From positions 8,945,850 through 9,009,849 of the forward strand of contig NC_090417.1 in assembly GCF_036365525.1 (NCBI RefSeq): a DNA stretch of 64,000 bases. Reading direction: 5' to 3'. Of the stretch, positions 1 through 9,906 are shown piece by piece. The notes under the pieces are model-generated. The model worked only from the letters and a program-made list of their open reading frames with translations, was not told the DNA's origin and searched no databases. The stretch comes from Heterodontus francisci. Taxonomy: Eukaryota. The first letter of the stretch is position 1; every line of letters begins with the position of its first letter. A program made the position numbers and the translations under genes.

Positions 1-1581
1 GAGGGCTCCTTTAATGGTGACGTCTGCAAGTGGTTGCCTGGCAGTGGGCCTGATGGCCACGAGTGCAGTCTATGAACAATACAACCTATGGTTCTCCAGC
101 AATGGTGCCAGAACCAATGGTCCTCTTGTCCTGGCTGTGAGAGTCCGTCCTGAAGTGGACATCTTTACTGGCCCTCCGGTGCAGGGCATTGGTGACCTCC
201 CTGATGCAGCGGTGCACTGCCAACTGTGTGACCTCACAAAGGTCTCTGGTGGGCCCCAAAAAGGCTGCAGAGGCGTCAGGCTTGAGAACCGCTGCCACTA
301 TGAGGAACAAAGGTATGGGATGTCCATCGGAGCCCATGGGCTGCAGGTCATCCTTAAGCAGGGCACAGAGACATGTCACCACCCTCTCTATATGTGCAAT
401 CTCCTCTGAAACTGGTACTTTGACATCCGATGGCATGTCATGTGGGGCCTGTAGATGCACGGCAAACCTAACGGCGGGTTCCCCTTGGGGGCTGTTGCTC
501 ATGACCGGGGGCCTCTACGTGGATCACACCTGCCTGTTGGTATTGCCTCTGGCACGTACGGATCTTCATGTGCACAGGATAACAGAACGTAGGATGAGCT
601 ATACCTATTCCCATGTGATAAAGTTGAACCCTGCCTGGATTCGAAGGTTCCTAACAGGACATGGATTGGTGTTGACAGATACATCAGCTGCTTTCCTGGA
701 TCAACTATGTGGTATGCCATGGCATTGCCCATCTTGGCCAACACTCAGAGTGGCATAGCATGACCACATCAAGATCCTACCATCTGAATCAATTTCCCCC
801 ACCATCCATAAAACCTTAATGCTCCTGCCCTTTCTAGCACCTTCCCCACACACACACAGGGTGCCTAGTGTGCCATTGCCCCGACAAACACAGAGCGTAC
901 ACTATTAACAGAAGGATGGTACACGGTACCTCCCTTCATGCCAGCACAGCTTTCCCTCCAGTAATCCCAGACACCCTCCCTTCCAGAATGCAGTTAGACC
1001 CATGTATATCCCCCCCTCCCTCCTCCCTTTAAGAATGCAGAGTTGGACCCCTGCATATCCCCCCTCCCTTTAAGGATGCAGTTAGACCCCTGCATATCCC
1101 CCCTCACTTTAAGAATGCAGAATTAGACCCGTGTATCCCCCCTCCCTTTAAGGATGCAGAGTTAGACCCCTGTGTATTCCCCCGCTCCTCCCTCCCTTTC
1201 AGAATGCAATTAGAACCCTGAATATCCCCTGTCCCTCCTCCCTTCTGTAATGCAGAGTGAGACCCCTGAATAACACAACTTACCTTCGCTGGTGACAACT
1301 TCTGCCTCTGAAGACCCGCCAGCTTTTCAGATCGTGAAGGGGACGGCACGTGACAGCTGCCCATTCAGCAAAAAATCCAGAGTGTCAGTGGAGAGGCGGC
1401 AGGCTGCATAATCAGCATAGGTAAGTACTCCTTACCATATGCTAATTGTGGTGCCGGCGCCGTGCGGCAGGGGAGGCTGCACCAAGGTCCCTCCGCCGCC
1501 AGTAATATGTGGCAGCCCTTCTCGACGTCGCAGGTCCTGCGCCGCGACCTGTGGCGTCAAGGAGCCAGTAAGATCCAGCCC
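1..1581 (-). mobile_element. Degenerate PIF/Harbinger DNA transposon (transposase relic and one terminus; continues beyond window start)
   Basis: Minus ORF 86..502 reads ...LLKDDLQP..PIPLFLIVAAVLK..ASAAFLGPTRDLCEVTQLAVHRCIREVTNAL..VHF..IAGEP, then after a stop VVLFIDCT. This resembles the HARBI1/Harbinger HTH region and the FPGVIGAIDCTH first catalytic Asp motif. Terminus AAGATCCAGCCC at 1570-1581 reads GGGCTGGATCTT on minus. Confidence 0.7.
975..1270. repeat. Minisatellite, about 8 degenerate 30-40 bp units (CCCTTTAAGAATGCAG(AG)TTAGACCCCTGCATATCCCC)
   Basis: Directly visible tandem units. Confidence 0.9.
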
Positions 1582-2205
1582 GAGGTCAGACGGCAAGCTC
1601 TATAATCTATCAAGGTTGAAAGCGAAGACAAAAACACATTGCGTCCTGATCAGACAACTCCTGTATGCTGATGATGTTGTGCTAGTCACTCACACAGAAA
1701 CTCAGCTACCAAGATTCATGGACTGTCCCTCCCATGCCTGTAACTTGTTCTCCTTGACAATAAGCGTCAAGAAAACCGTGGTCAGGGGATAAGGTGTTGC
1801 ATCTCTGCCCCTGATCACACTAAATAACACCCGACTGCAAGTGGTTAGCAAATTCTACTACCTTGGGTGCATCGCTTGACGCAGAGCTCGATACAAGCAT
1901 AGGGAAAGCAGCTACCACCTTTGGCCAACACACGAAATGCACATAGGAGAACACCAAGCTGACTCGAAGGACCAAGCTAATTATTTATAAGGCCTGTGTT
2001 CTCAGCACCTTGCTGTTTGGCTGAGAAACATGGGCGACTCATAGCTACCAGGAAAAGAAGCTCAATCATTTCCATTTTTGCTGTCTGCGGCACATTTTGG
2101 GTATATCCTGGCAGGACAAAATCACAAATGTGGCAAACCTCTCAAAGACAAAGCTTACAAGTGTGTTGGCACTAATCAAACAGAGGCAGCTTCGGTGGAT
2201 CAGAA
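1582..2205 (+). mobile_element. RTE-clade LINE reverse transcriptase fragment (degenerate)
   Basis: RSDGKLYNLSRLKAKTKT..IRQLLYADD..SLTISVKKT, typical RTE RT, followed by frameshifted YLG and KAATTFG segments. Confidence 0.85.
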
Positions 2206-2272
2206 ACATCCTGTCATAGGGAAGATGTTGGAAGCTGTTATTAAAGACATTGTAGTAGGGCACTTAGAAAAT

Positions 2273-2988
2273 GGGCGGCATAGTGGCGCAGTGGTTAGCA
2301 CCGCAGCCTCACAGCTCCAAGGACCCGGGTTCGATTCCGGGTACTGCCTGTGTGGAGTTTGCAAGTTCTCCCTGTGTCTGCGTGGGTTTTCTCCGGGTGC
2401 TCCGGTTTCCTCCCACAAGCCAAAAGACTTGCAGGTTGATAGGTAAATTGGCCATTATAAATTGTCACTAGTATAGGTAGGTTGTAGGGACAGGTGGGGA
2501 TGTTTGGTAGGAATATGGGATTAGTGTAGGATTAGTATAAATGGGTCCATGTCTCCGTTATAAAGACGTCTGCAAACGCGACATGAAATCGTGTGACATT
2601 GATCACAAGTCGTGGGAGTCAGTTGCCAGCATTCGCCAGAGTTGGCGGGCAGCCATAAAGACAGGGCTAAATTGTGGCGAGTCGAAGAGACTTAGTAGTT
2701 GGCAGGAAAAAAGACAGAGGCGCAAGGGGAGAGCCAACTGTGCAACAGCCCCAACAAACAAATTTCTCTGCAGCACCTGTGGAAGAGCCTGTCACTCCAG
2801 AATTGGCCTTTATAGCCACTCCAGGCGCTGCTTCACAAACCACTGACCACCTCCAGGCGCGTATCCATTGTCTCTCGAGATAAGGAGGCCCAAAAGAAGA
2901 AAAAGAAGTATAAATGGGTGGTTGATGTTCGGCACAGACTCGGTGGGCCGAAGGGCCTGTTTCAGTGCTGTATCTCTAATCCAATCTA
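2273..2988 (+). mobile_element. tRNA-derived V-SINE (HE1-like), interrupted by an RTE 3' fragment
   Basis: A box TGGCGCAGTGG, B box GGTTCGATTCC, V-domain GGGTGCTCCGGTTTCCTCCCACA, CR1-type tail GGGCCGAAGGGCCTGTTTCAGTGCTGTATCTCTAA. Confidence 0.85.
2547..2906 (+). mobile_element. 5'-truncated young RTE LINE 3' end with 13-bp TSD
   Basis: ORF LRYKDVCKRDMK..WESVAS.RQSWR..CSTCGRACHSRIGLYSHSRRC (C-terminal C2H2-like finger), AAG-rich tail, TSD AGTATAAATGGGT at 2534-2546 and 2907-2919. Confidence 0.9.
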
Positions 2989-3090
2989 AAAAGTTCGAGG
3001 TAATCAGGCAGAGTCAACAAGGTTTTGTAAAAGGAAATCATGTTTAAACAATTTATTGGAGTTCTTTGAGGAAGTAACATGTGCTCTTGG

Positions 3091-3556
3091 TTCAGAAGAT
3101 CAGGAAGCTGAATCAGTTTGCATGAAGATTAGGAACAAAAATGGTGAGAAAACGCTGGTGGGGGTAGTTTGCAGTAGTTAAACCGTTGGGCAGAACATTT
3201 GTTAGAAATAATCGGAGCTGGCAAAAAGGCATTGCAATAATCGTAGGGGACTTGAATCTTCATTTAGACTGGACAAATCAAATTGGCAAAGGTAGTCTGG
3301 AAGATGAGTTAATCGACGGCTTTCACGACAGTTTCCTGGAACAATATGTGGGGAACCAACTGGCAGTGGGAGCAGAGTCTTTACATGTTTTTATGGCAGA
3401 GGTAGACAGATCTTTGATAAGCAAGGGAGTGAAAGGTTACTGGGGGTAGGCGGGAATGTAGAGTTGAGGTTACAATCAGATCAGCCATGACCTTATTGTA
3501 TGGCAGAGCAGGCTCGAGGGACAGAGTGGTCAACTCCTGCTCCTAATTCGTATGCT
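3091..3556 (+). mobile_element. CR1 fragments (endonuclease piece joined to a 3' end)
   Basis: IIVGDLNLHLDW..DSFLEQYV followed by CR1 3' UTR AGATCAGCCATGA...ACTCCTGCTCCTAATTCGTATG. Confidence 0.7.
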
Positions 3557-3559
3557 CTT

Positions 3560-4790
3560 TTGGAGATGGTCATTACCTGGCACTTGTGTGACGCCAATGT
3601 TACTTGCCACTTATCAGCCCAAGTCTGAATGCTCTCCAGGTCTCACTGAACATGGACTTGGACTGCTTCAGTATCTGAGGAGCTGCAAATGGGACTGAAC
3701 AAATGGGGGGAGCGCAGGGGCTAGCACCACAGCCTCACAGCTCCAGCGACCCGGGTTCGGTTCTGGGTACTGCCTGTGCGGAGCTTGTAAGTTCTCCCTG
3801 TGACCACGTGGGTTTCCGCCGGGTGCTCCGGTTTCCTCCCACAGCCCAAGACTTGCAGGTTGATAGGTAAATTACCCCTAGTGTAGGTAGGTGGCAGGAG
3901 AATTGAAGGAAGGTGGGGATGTGGTAGGGGACATGGGATTCATGCAGGCCTGTTTCAGTGCTGCATGTCTCTGTGACGCTATTGTGCAATCAGTGAACAT
4001 CCCCACTTCCAACCTTAGGTTGGAGGGAAGGTAATTGATGAAGCAGCTGAAGATGATTGGGCCGAGGACACGATCCTGAGGAATTCCGGCAGTGATGGGC
4101 TGGGATTGAGATGATTGGCCTCCAGCAACCACAACCATCTTCCTGTGCGCTTGGTATGACTCCACCTAGTGGAGAGTTATTCCTATTCCCGTCAATTTTG
4201 TTAGGGATCCTTGATGCCACACTCGGTCAAATACAGCCTTGATGTCAAGAGCAGTCACACTCACTTCCCCTTGCATTCAGTTCTTTTGTCCATGTTTGGA
4301 CCAAGGCTGTAATGAGGTCATAATCCAAGTGGCCTGAGCACCCAAACTGAGCATAAATCAGCAGATTATTGCTGTGTAAGTGCCGCTTGATAGCAATATC
4401 AACAATACCTTCCATCATTTTATTTATTTTATTTACTAAGAGATACAGCACTGAAACAGGCCCTTCAGCCCACCAAGTCTGTGCCGACCATATTTTGCTG
4501 ATGATAGAGAAGAGCCGTAATTGGCCAAATGGGACTTATCTTGCTTTTTGTCTAAGAGACATATTTGTGCAATTTTTCACCTTGTTGGGTAGATGCCAGT
4601 GTTGTAACTCTACTGGAAGAGCATGGCGAGGGACGTGGCTCGTTCCAGAGCACGAATCTTCAGTCCTGTCGCCGGGCTGCTGTCAAGGCCCACAGCCTTT
4701 ACAGTATCTAGTGCCTTCAGCTCTTTCGTGAAATTACATTGAGTGAATCAAATTGGGTGTAGATTAGCATCAGTGAGACTGGAGAACTCA
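3560..4790 (-). mobile_element. CR1-group LINE RT fragment, interrupted by SINE pieces
   Basis: Minus-strand [36 protein letters not shown]; same family as 30882-33083 and 62436-64000. Confidence 0.75.
3705..3975 (+). mobile_element. HE1-like V-SINE
   Basis: High similarity to 2273-2988. Confidence 0.8.
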
Positions 4791-4804
4791 GGGTGTGCTG
4801 GGAG

Positions 4805-5190
4805 CATAATGGTCGTCACTGAACTAGTTATCCCAAGAAACAGGCTAATGTCCTGGGGACATGAGTTCAAATCCAAGCCTGGCAGCTGGTGGAATTTAAT
4901 TTAAAGTAATTAATACATTCAATTAATAGATACAAGTCTAGAAGCTAACCTCAATAATGGTGCCATGAAACTATCAATTTCTTTTTAAAATATCTGTTTC
5001 GTTAAAGTCCTTGATGGAAGGAAATCTGCTGTCCTTACCTGGCTTGCCTACATGTGACTCGAGACCCACAGCAATGTTGTTGACTCTGAACTGGCCTCTG
5101 AAATGGCCAAGCAAGGCACTCAGTTGTCAAGGGCAATCATGGATGGACAACAAAGTGATGCCCACAATCAGTGTAAGAATTTTTTAAAAA
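4805..5190 (+). mobile_element. tRNA-derived SINE with a CR1-group LINE tail (older copy)
   Basis: Similar to 63235-63637 (GAAGGAAATCTGC..CCTTACCTGG..GACCCACAGCAA..CAAGGGCAAT). Confidence 0.7.
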
Positions 5191-5229
5191 AAGAGGCTGA
5201 GATGGATCATTCACTTGGCACTTCTTGTC

Positions 5230-6622
5230 TCATCAGCAAAGAAAAAGTCTTGGAGACACTTTGGGACTAAAAGCCAACAAATCCCCACGATCTGATATCC
5301 TACTTCCAAGGTTTCTTAAAAGAGGCAGCGACAGAGATAATGGATGCACTGGTTATGATTTTCCACAATTCCCTAGATTCTATAATGGGTAAAGCTGATT
5401 GGAAGTTCTCAAATGCAACTTCACTGTTTAAGAAAGAAGAATGAGAAAATAGCTGAAAATCTATTATGGAAGTCTTGACAGTACAGATTTAAAAAAAAAT
5501 CATCAAAGTGAACATGGGTTTACAAAAGGGAAATCCGGTTTGATCAATTTATGAGTGCTTTTTGAGGATGTAACCAGTCGGATAGATAAAGAGGAACCAG
5601 TACATTTCCATCAGGGCTCATAGAGTTGCAGGTCATCAGGAAGCAGAGTAAGGATAAATGGCGCATTTTCAAGTTTGCTGCTTGTAACTCATGGAGTGCT
5701 TCAAGAATCAGTACTGGTGCCTCAGCTATTTGCAAACTATATTAACAACTTGGACAAAGAGACCGACAGTAATGTTGGCTGATGATACAAGATTAGGTGG
5801 GAATAAAGCTGAGGACAGAAACAGGCTGCAAAGAGGTTAAGTGAGTGGGCAACAAGGTGGCAGATGAAGTATAGTGTGGGAAAGTGAGAGGTTATTCACT
5901 TTGGTAGGAAGAGTAGAAAAGCAGAATTTTTTTTTAAAAGCCATAAAACTTCTAAATGTTGAATTTCAAAGAGACTTGGGTGTATTTGTAGAAGGAACAC
6001 AAAGTTAGCACTCAGGGATAGCAAGCAATTAGGAAGGCAAATGACACGTTGGCCTTTATTGCAAGAAGATTGGAGCACAAGCAAAAGTATATCTTACTTT
6101 AATTGGACAGGGCTTTGGTGACATACCTGGAGTACTGTATACAGTTTTGATGTCCATAATTAAGAAAGGATATAATTGTATTGGAAGCAATACAGCGAAG
6201 GTTCACTAGATTGGTCATTGGGATGAAAGGCTGAGTAAATTAGGCCTAAAGTCTCGAGTTTAAAACAATGAGATGTGAGCTTATTGAAACATACAAGATA
6301 CTGGAGGGGCTTGACAGAGGAGATTCTCTGGCTGGGGAATCTGGAACACAGCGGGCACAGCCTCAGAATAAAGGGTCAATCATTTTGGACTGAGATAAGA
6401 AGAAACTTCCCGAGAGGGTTGTGAATCTTTTGAATTGTCTACTCCAGAGAGCTGTGGATGGTCTATCATTGAATGTATTCAAGACCAAAGTCGATAGATT
6501 TTTGATCGCTCAGGCAATCAAGGGCTATGGGGAGCAGGCAAGAAAGTGGAGTTGAGACAGATCAGCCATGATTGCATTAATGACATAGCAGACTCGAGGG
6601 GACACATGCTCCTATTTCTGAT
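5230..6622 (+). mobile_element. Degenerate CR1 LINE (RT through 3' end)
   Basis: Decayed KSP.SD.ILP, HGF.KGKS, ADDTRLGG, HLEYC.QF motifs and CR1 3' UTR. Confidence 0.75.
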
Positions 6623-7312
6623 CGACACAATTTAGACTCTTATGTTCAAGTAGTATGTGACCAAACTTTTCTTACCTCACTTGTGTCGAAATTCATTTGC
6701 CAATTATACATCCATTATGCAAGTTTCATGTCATCTTATAATTCCTTGCAATCCTGCTCAGTTCTGACTATCCCTTGCAATTGGTGTTGTCTGCAAATTT
6801 AGAGTTTGTGGATTCCAAGATCTAAATCATTAACATATTGCAAACAAGCGATCCCATCATCGAGCATTGTGGGTTGCCCTGTGAAGCACCTTGAAACATG
6901 TTAATCCGGTCAAAGGTGCTATTTCAATACAAGTCATTGTTTGATCCCACTTCTCACCTTATGCCAACACAAATACTTACCTATTTTCCATACTGACTGC
7001 TTTTTCTCTTACAGCCAGCGAGCGATCCATTCTGCTACTTGTCCCAACTCCACATCCTCAGACCTTAGTCATTTATCTATTATGAGGTACCTTATCAAAG
7101 GCTTTTTTGGAAATCTACATGTTATAGTTACTGCATTACTTTTCAGCTACTTTCTCTTATGTTTCAGAGAATTTGTCTTCCTGCTTAGATGTTTTATCAA
7201 TCTGTTCAGGACCTAAGTTTTCAATGTAATAGGGTGGACAAAAATATTCTAAGTTATTGATAACCAGCTAATGCTGTTAATGCTAATATACAAATGTGGC
7301 ACCTCTGTTTGT

Positions 7313-7334
7313 GGGGGGGGGGGGGGGGGGGGGG
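7313..7334 (+). repeat. Poly-G tract (G22)
   Basis: Direct observation. Confidence 0.9.
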
Positions 7335-7369
7335 AGAAGAAGAGACAGAGGGCAGGAGGCGAGAGGGAA

Positions 7370-8055
7370 GTTGGTCTGACGTCTGTCATTGGGAAGACTT
7401 TAGAATCCATTATTAAGGGGGTGGTAGCAGCACATCTGGAGGGTCGCGGTGCTGTCAGGCAGAGTCAACATGGTTTTGTGAAAAGAAATTGTTTTTGACA
7501 AATTTATTCAAGTGCTTTGAGGATGTATCAAGCAGCATGGATAAAGGGGAACCAGTAGATGCAGTGTATTTGGATTTCCAAAAGGCATTCACTGAGGTGC
7601 CACATAAAAGGTGATGATACAAGAGCTCATGGTATTGGGGGTGATATATTAGCATGGATAGAGGACTGGTTTAACTCGCAGGAAACAGAGTGACGGGATA
7701 AATGGGTCATTTTCAGGATGGCCAACTAACTAGTGTAGTGCAACATGCATCAGCGCTCAACTATTTATGTTCTATACTGATAACTTGGATGAGGCAACTG
7801 ACTATTATCGCCAAATCGACGATACGAAGATAGGTAGAAAAGTTGTGAGGAGGATACAAAGAGTCTGCCTGATAGTGTGGTGGAGGCAGGTTCATTGAAG
7901 CATTCAAAAGGAAATCAGACGATTATCTGAGAAGGAAGAATGTGCAGGGTTATGGCGAGAAGGCGAGGGAATGGCACGAAGTGAACTGCTCTTTTGGAAA
8001 GCTGGTGCAGACACAATGGGCCAAATGGCCTCCCTCAGCGCTGTAACAATTCTGA
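7370..8055 (+). mobile_element. CR1 LINE fragment with internal deletion
   Basis: VGLTSVIGKTLESIIK..IRQSQHGF-like, YLDFQKAF, then 3' tail GGGCCAAATGGCCTCC. Confidence 0.75.
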
Positions 8056-8432
8056 CCTAACTCCTCCAAAAGATGCAGTCATCTCTCACCTTGTGTTTCA
8101 GTTTAACTTCAAAGGGATACAGAATTATTCTTTCAAAAAAAAAAATTAGCAGATCAATTGTCAGCTTGCTAGGAAGCAGAAAGATTGTCTTTTATGTTCG
8201 AGTCCAGTCAGCAAGGGAGCTATACTCAAGTTGAAACTCGAGCACATTGCACCCTGTGAAAAGAGTGCAGTTTTATATTCTTTGCAGACAGAAAGTGAAT
8301 GATATTATTTTATCTTTTGTGCGCTATAATTAAGTGTATGAATCGTTTTCTAATGCGACAATCTATGCATTTGCCCATTTACGATACAACTAGCTGCTGA
8401 TTTCGAAAGCATTAGTCTGATAAAGCCTATTT

Positions 8433-8438
8433 TTTATT
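8433..8438 (-). terminator. Candidate POLD2 poly(A) signal AATAAA
   Basis: TTTATT on plus about 1.3 kb past the stop, close to where repeats begin. Confidence 0.35.
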
Positions 8439-9748
8439 TTAAATTAAAGACAGCAGGAACGCAAGACAGCAGACAACACTTTCCTGTAGCCACGGTACAA
8501 AATAAGAGTTCTCTGTTGCAATCCCTGGGTTACGCAATGGATTATCTAGTTTCTGGGAAGCAATGAGATACAAGGCATTTTTTAAAACTAAAAAAAAAAT
8601 CTGGTGTAAAAATCCAAACGAAAGACATCCGACGTACATTATGAAGGCAGCTTGTCAAGAAACACGCAGACAGCTTACAAGCAGCCCCACTGAAATATCA
8701 GGAGCTCAGTCAAGGTTCAATAAATTATAGTTTAAAATTGAACTTCAAAACCTCAAAGACTAGCAAATGCCGCTTCTTCACAATGAAATGAACCGAAGCC
8801 CTGTGAAATTAAAGTTCTCCAAAAGTTTCCTTCAAGCAATTAAAATGGGTAGAAAACATGGAACGGCAGAATATGCAGGGTTCATGGAACAGCCAAGTTT
8901 AAGGGCAAATTTCTATTTCTCCAGAAAGAAGTTGGGCCCCATGAAGTGCATTTTTTTTTATTATACAAATAATTGAACAACATTTACAACGTAAAAAAGG
9001 ATACCGTCAAATGCTTTGAATCATGAACTTTGTTAAAAAAAAATCCAGACATTAGGTACGCAGCAGCACATGCCAAACTGATACTTCCTCCTATTTTAGA
9101 ACACCCTGTACTGAAATCTAAACATTTGCAACAATTCCCCAGCTGTGGGGATGGGGCTGTGTTTCTAACTTTCATCAAAACAACGAACTATAAAGAGAGA
9201 CAGAGACCTCCAATGAGAAATTTAAAAACCACCAGTGCAAGCTGCAATGACAGGGTTTCACGTTCTTGCACTAACTAGCTTAAAATGGCTCATGCATCAA
9301 CTCCCTCAGGGATCAAGTCTGTGTAGAGCCACAGAAGACCAGTATGTTGATGTTAACTGGACATGCTGTAAAATTTCTCTCATGATTAAAACCTTATTGT
9401 TCATACTTTGGAAAACATGCCATTGAGACAAGGTTAAGGGGCTGAGTTTATAGTTTCAGAGCTAAACCTGAAAACATCGGATCATGTCTATTATTTTAGT
9501 CTAGCCTCTGGAGAAGGAAAGAACTCAAAATAGGAATATGGTCACACAGCTTGTTTCGCTCACCACATCACTACCTCTTGAACACCAACAGTAGCATTGT
9601 TGTAAAAGATGTGCAGCACTTGACAGTTTGCTCACTGTAAAGTGCACCATGAACATTCTGCATCTTGCTCCAACGGACACTGACAAGCAACAGTCTCCAA
9701 TGGGACAAGTCAGAAGAAATCATTTAAAATACAAGCATCTATATGCGC

Positions 9749-9906
9749 TCAGTGACTGATATCCATCTCCACATGGTCTTCCTCAGCACAGAAAGCAGAG
9801 AAGCTGACTGGTTGACATTCAAGCGTCCGCAGGTTCACCAAACAGGCCTTTTGTGTTGTACAAAATTCTGGGACTGCGACCAACAGCAACCGTTGTCCAT
9901 CTACAC
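9749..9906 (-). CDS. POLD2: POLD2 coding exon 10 (last)
   Basis: [52 protein letters not shown]; acceptor ttctcag; not in the ORF track. Confidence 0.93.

Larger units (their letters stand above)
2206..3090 (+). mobile_element. CR1 LINE RT fragment split by an HE1-like SINE
   Basis: VIGKMLEAVIKDIVVGHLE before 2270 resumes after ~2988 as KFEVIRQSQQGFVKG..LLEFFEEV. Confidence 0.8.

Noticed and set aside
975-1270. Repeat-spacer pattern resembling CRISPR
   Set aside because: Eukaryotic context, spacers are related C-rich sequence, no cas genes
2273-2345. tRNA-like A and B boxes (also 21590-21652 and 63235-63320)
   Set aside because: SINE heads; they continue into SINE body and LINE-derived tail, and I see no full cloverleaf
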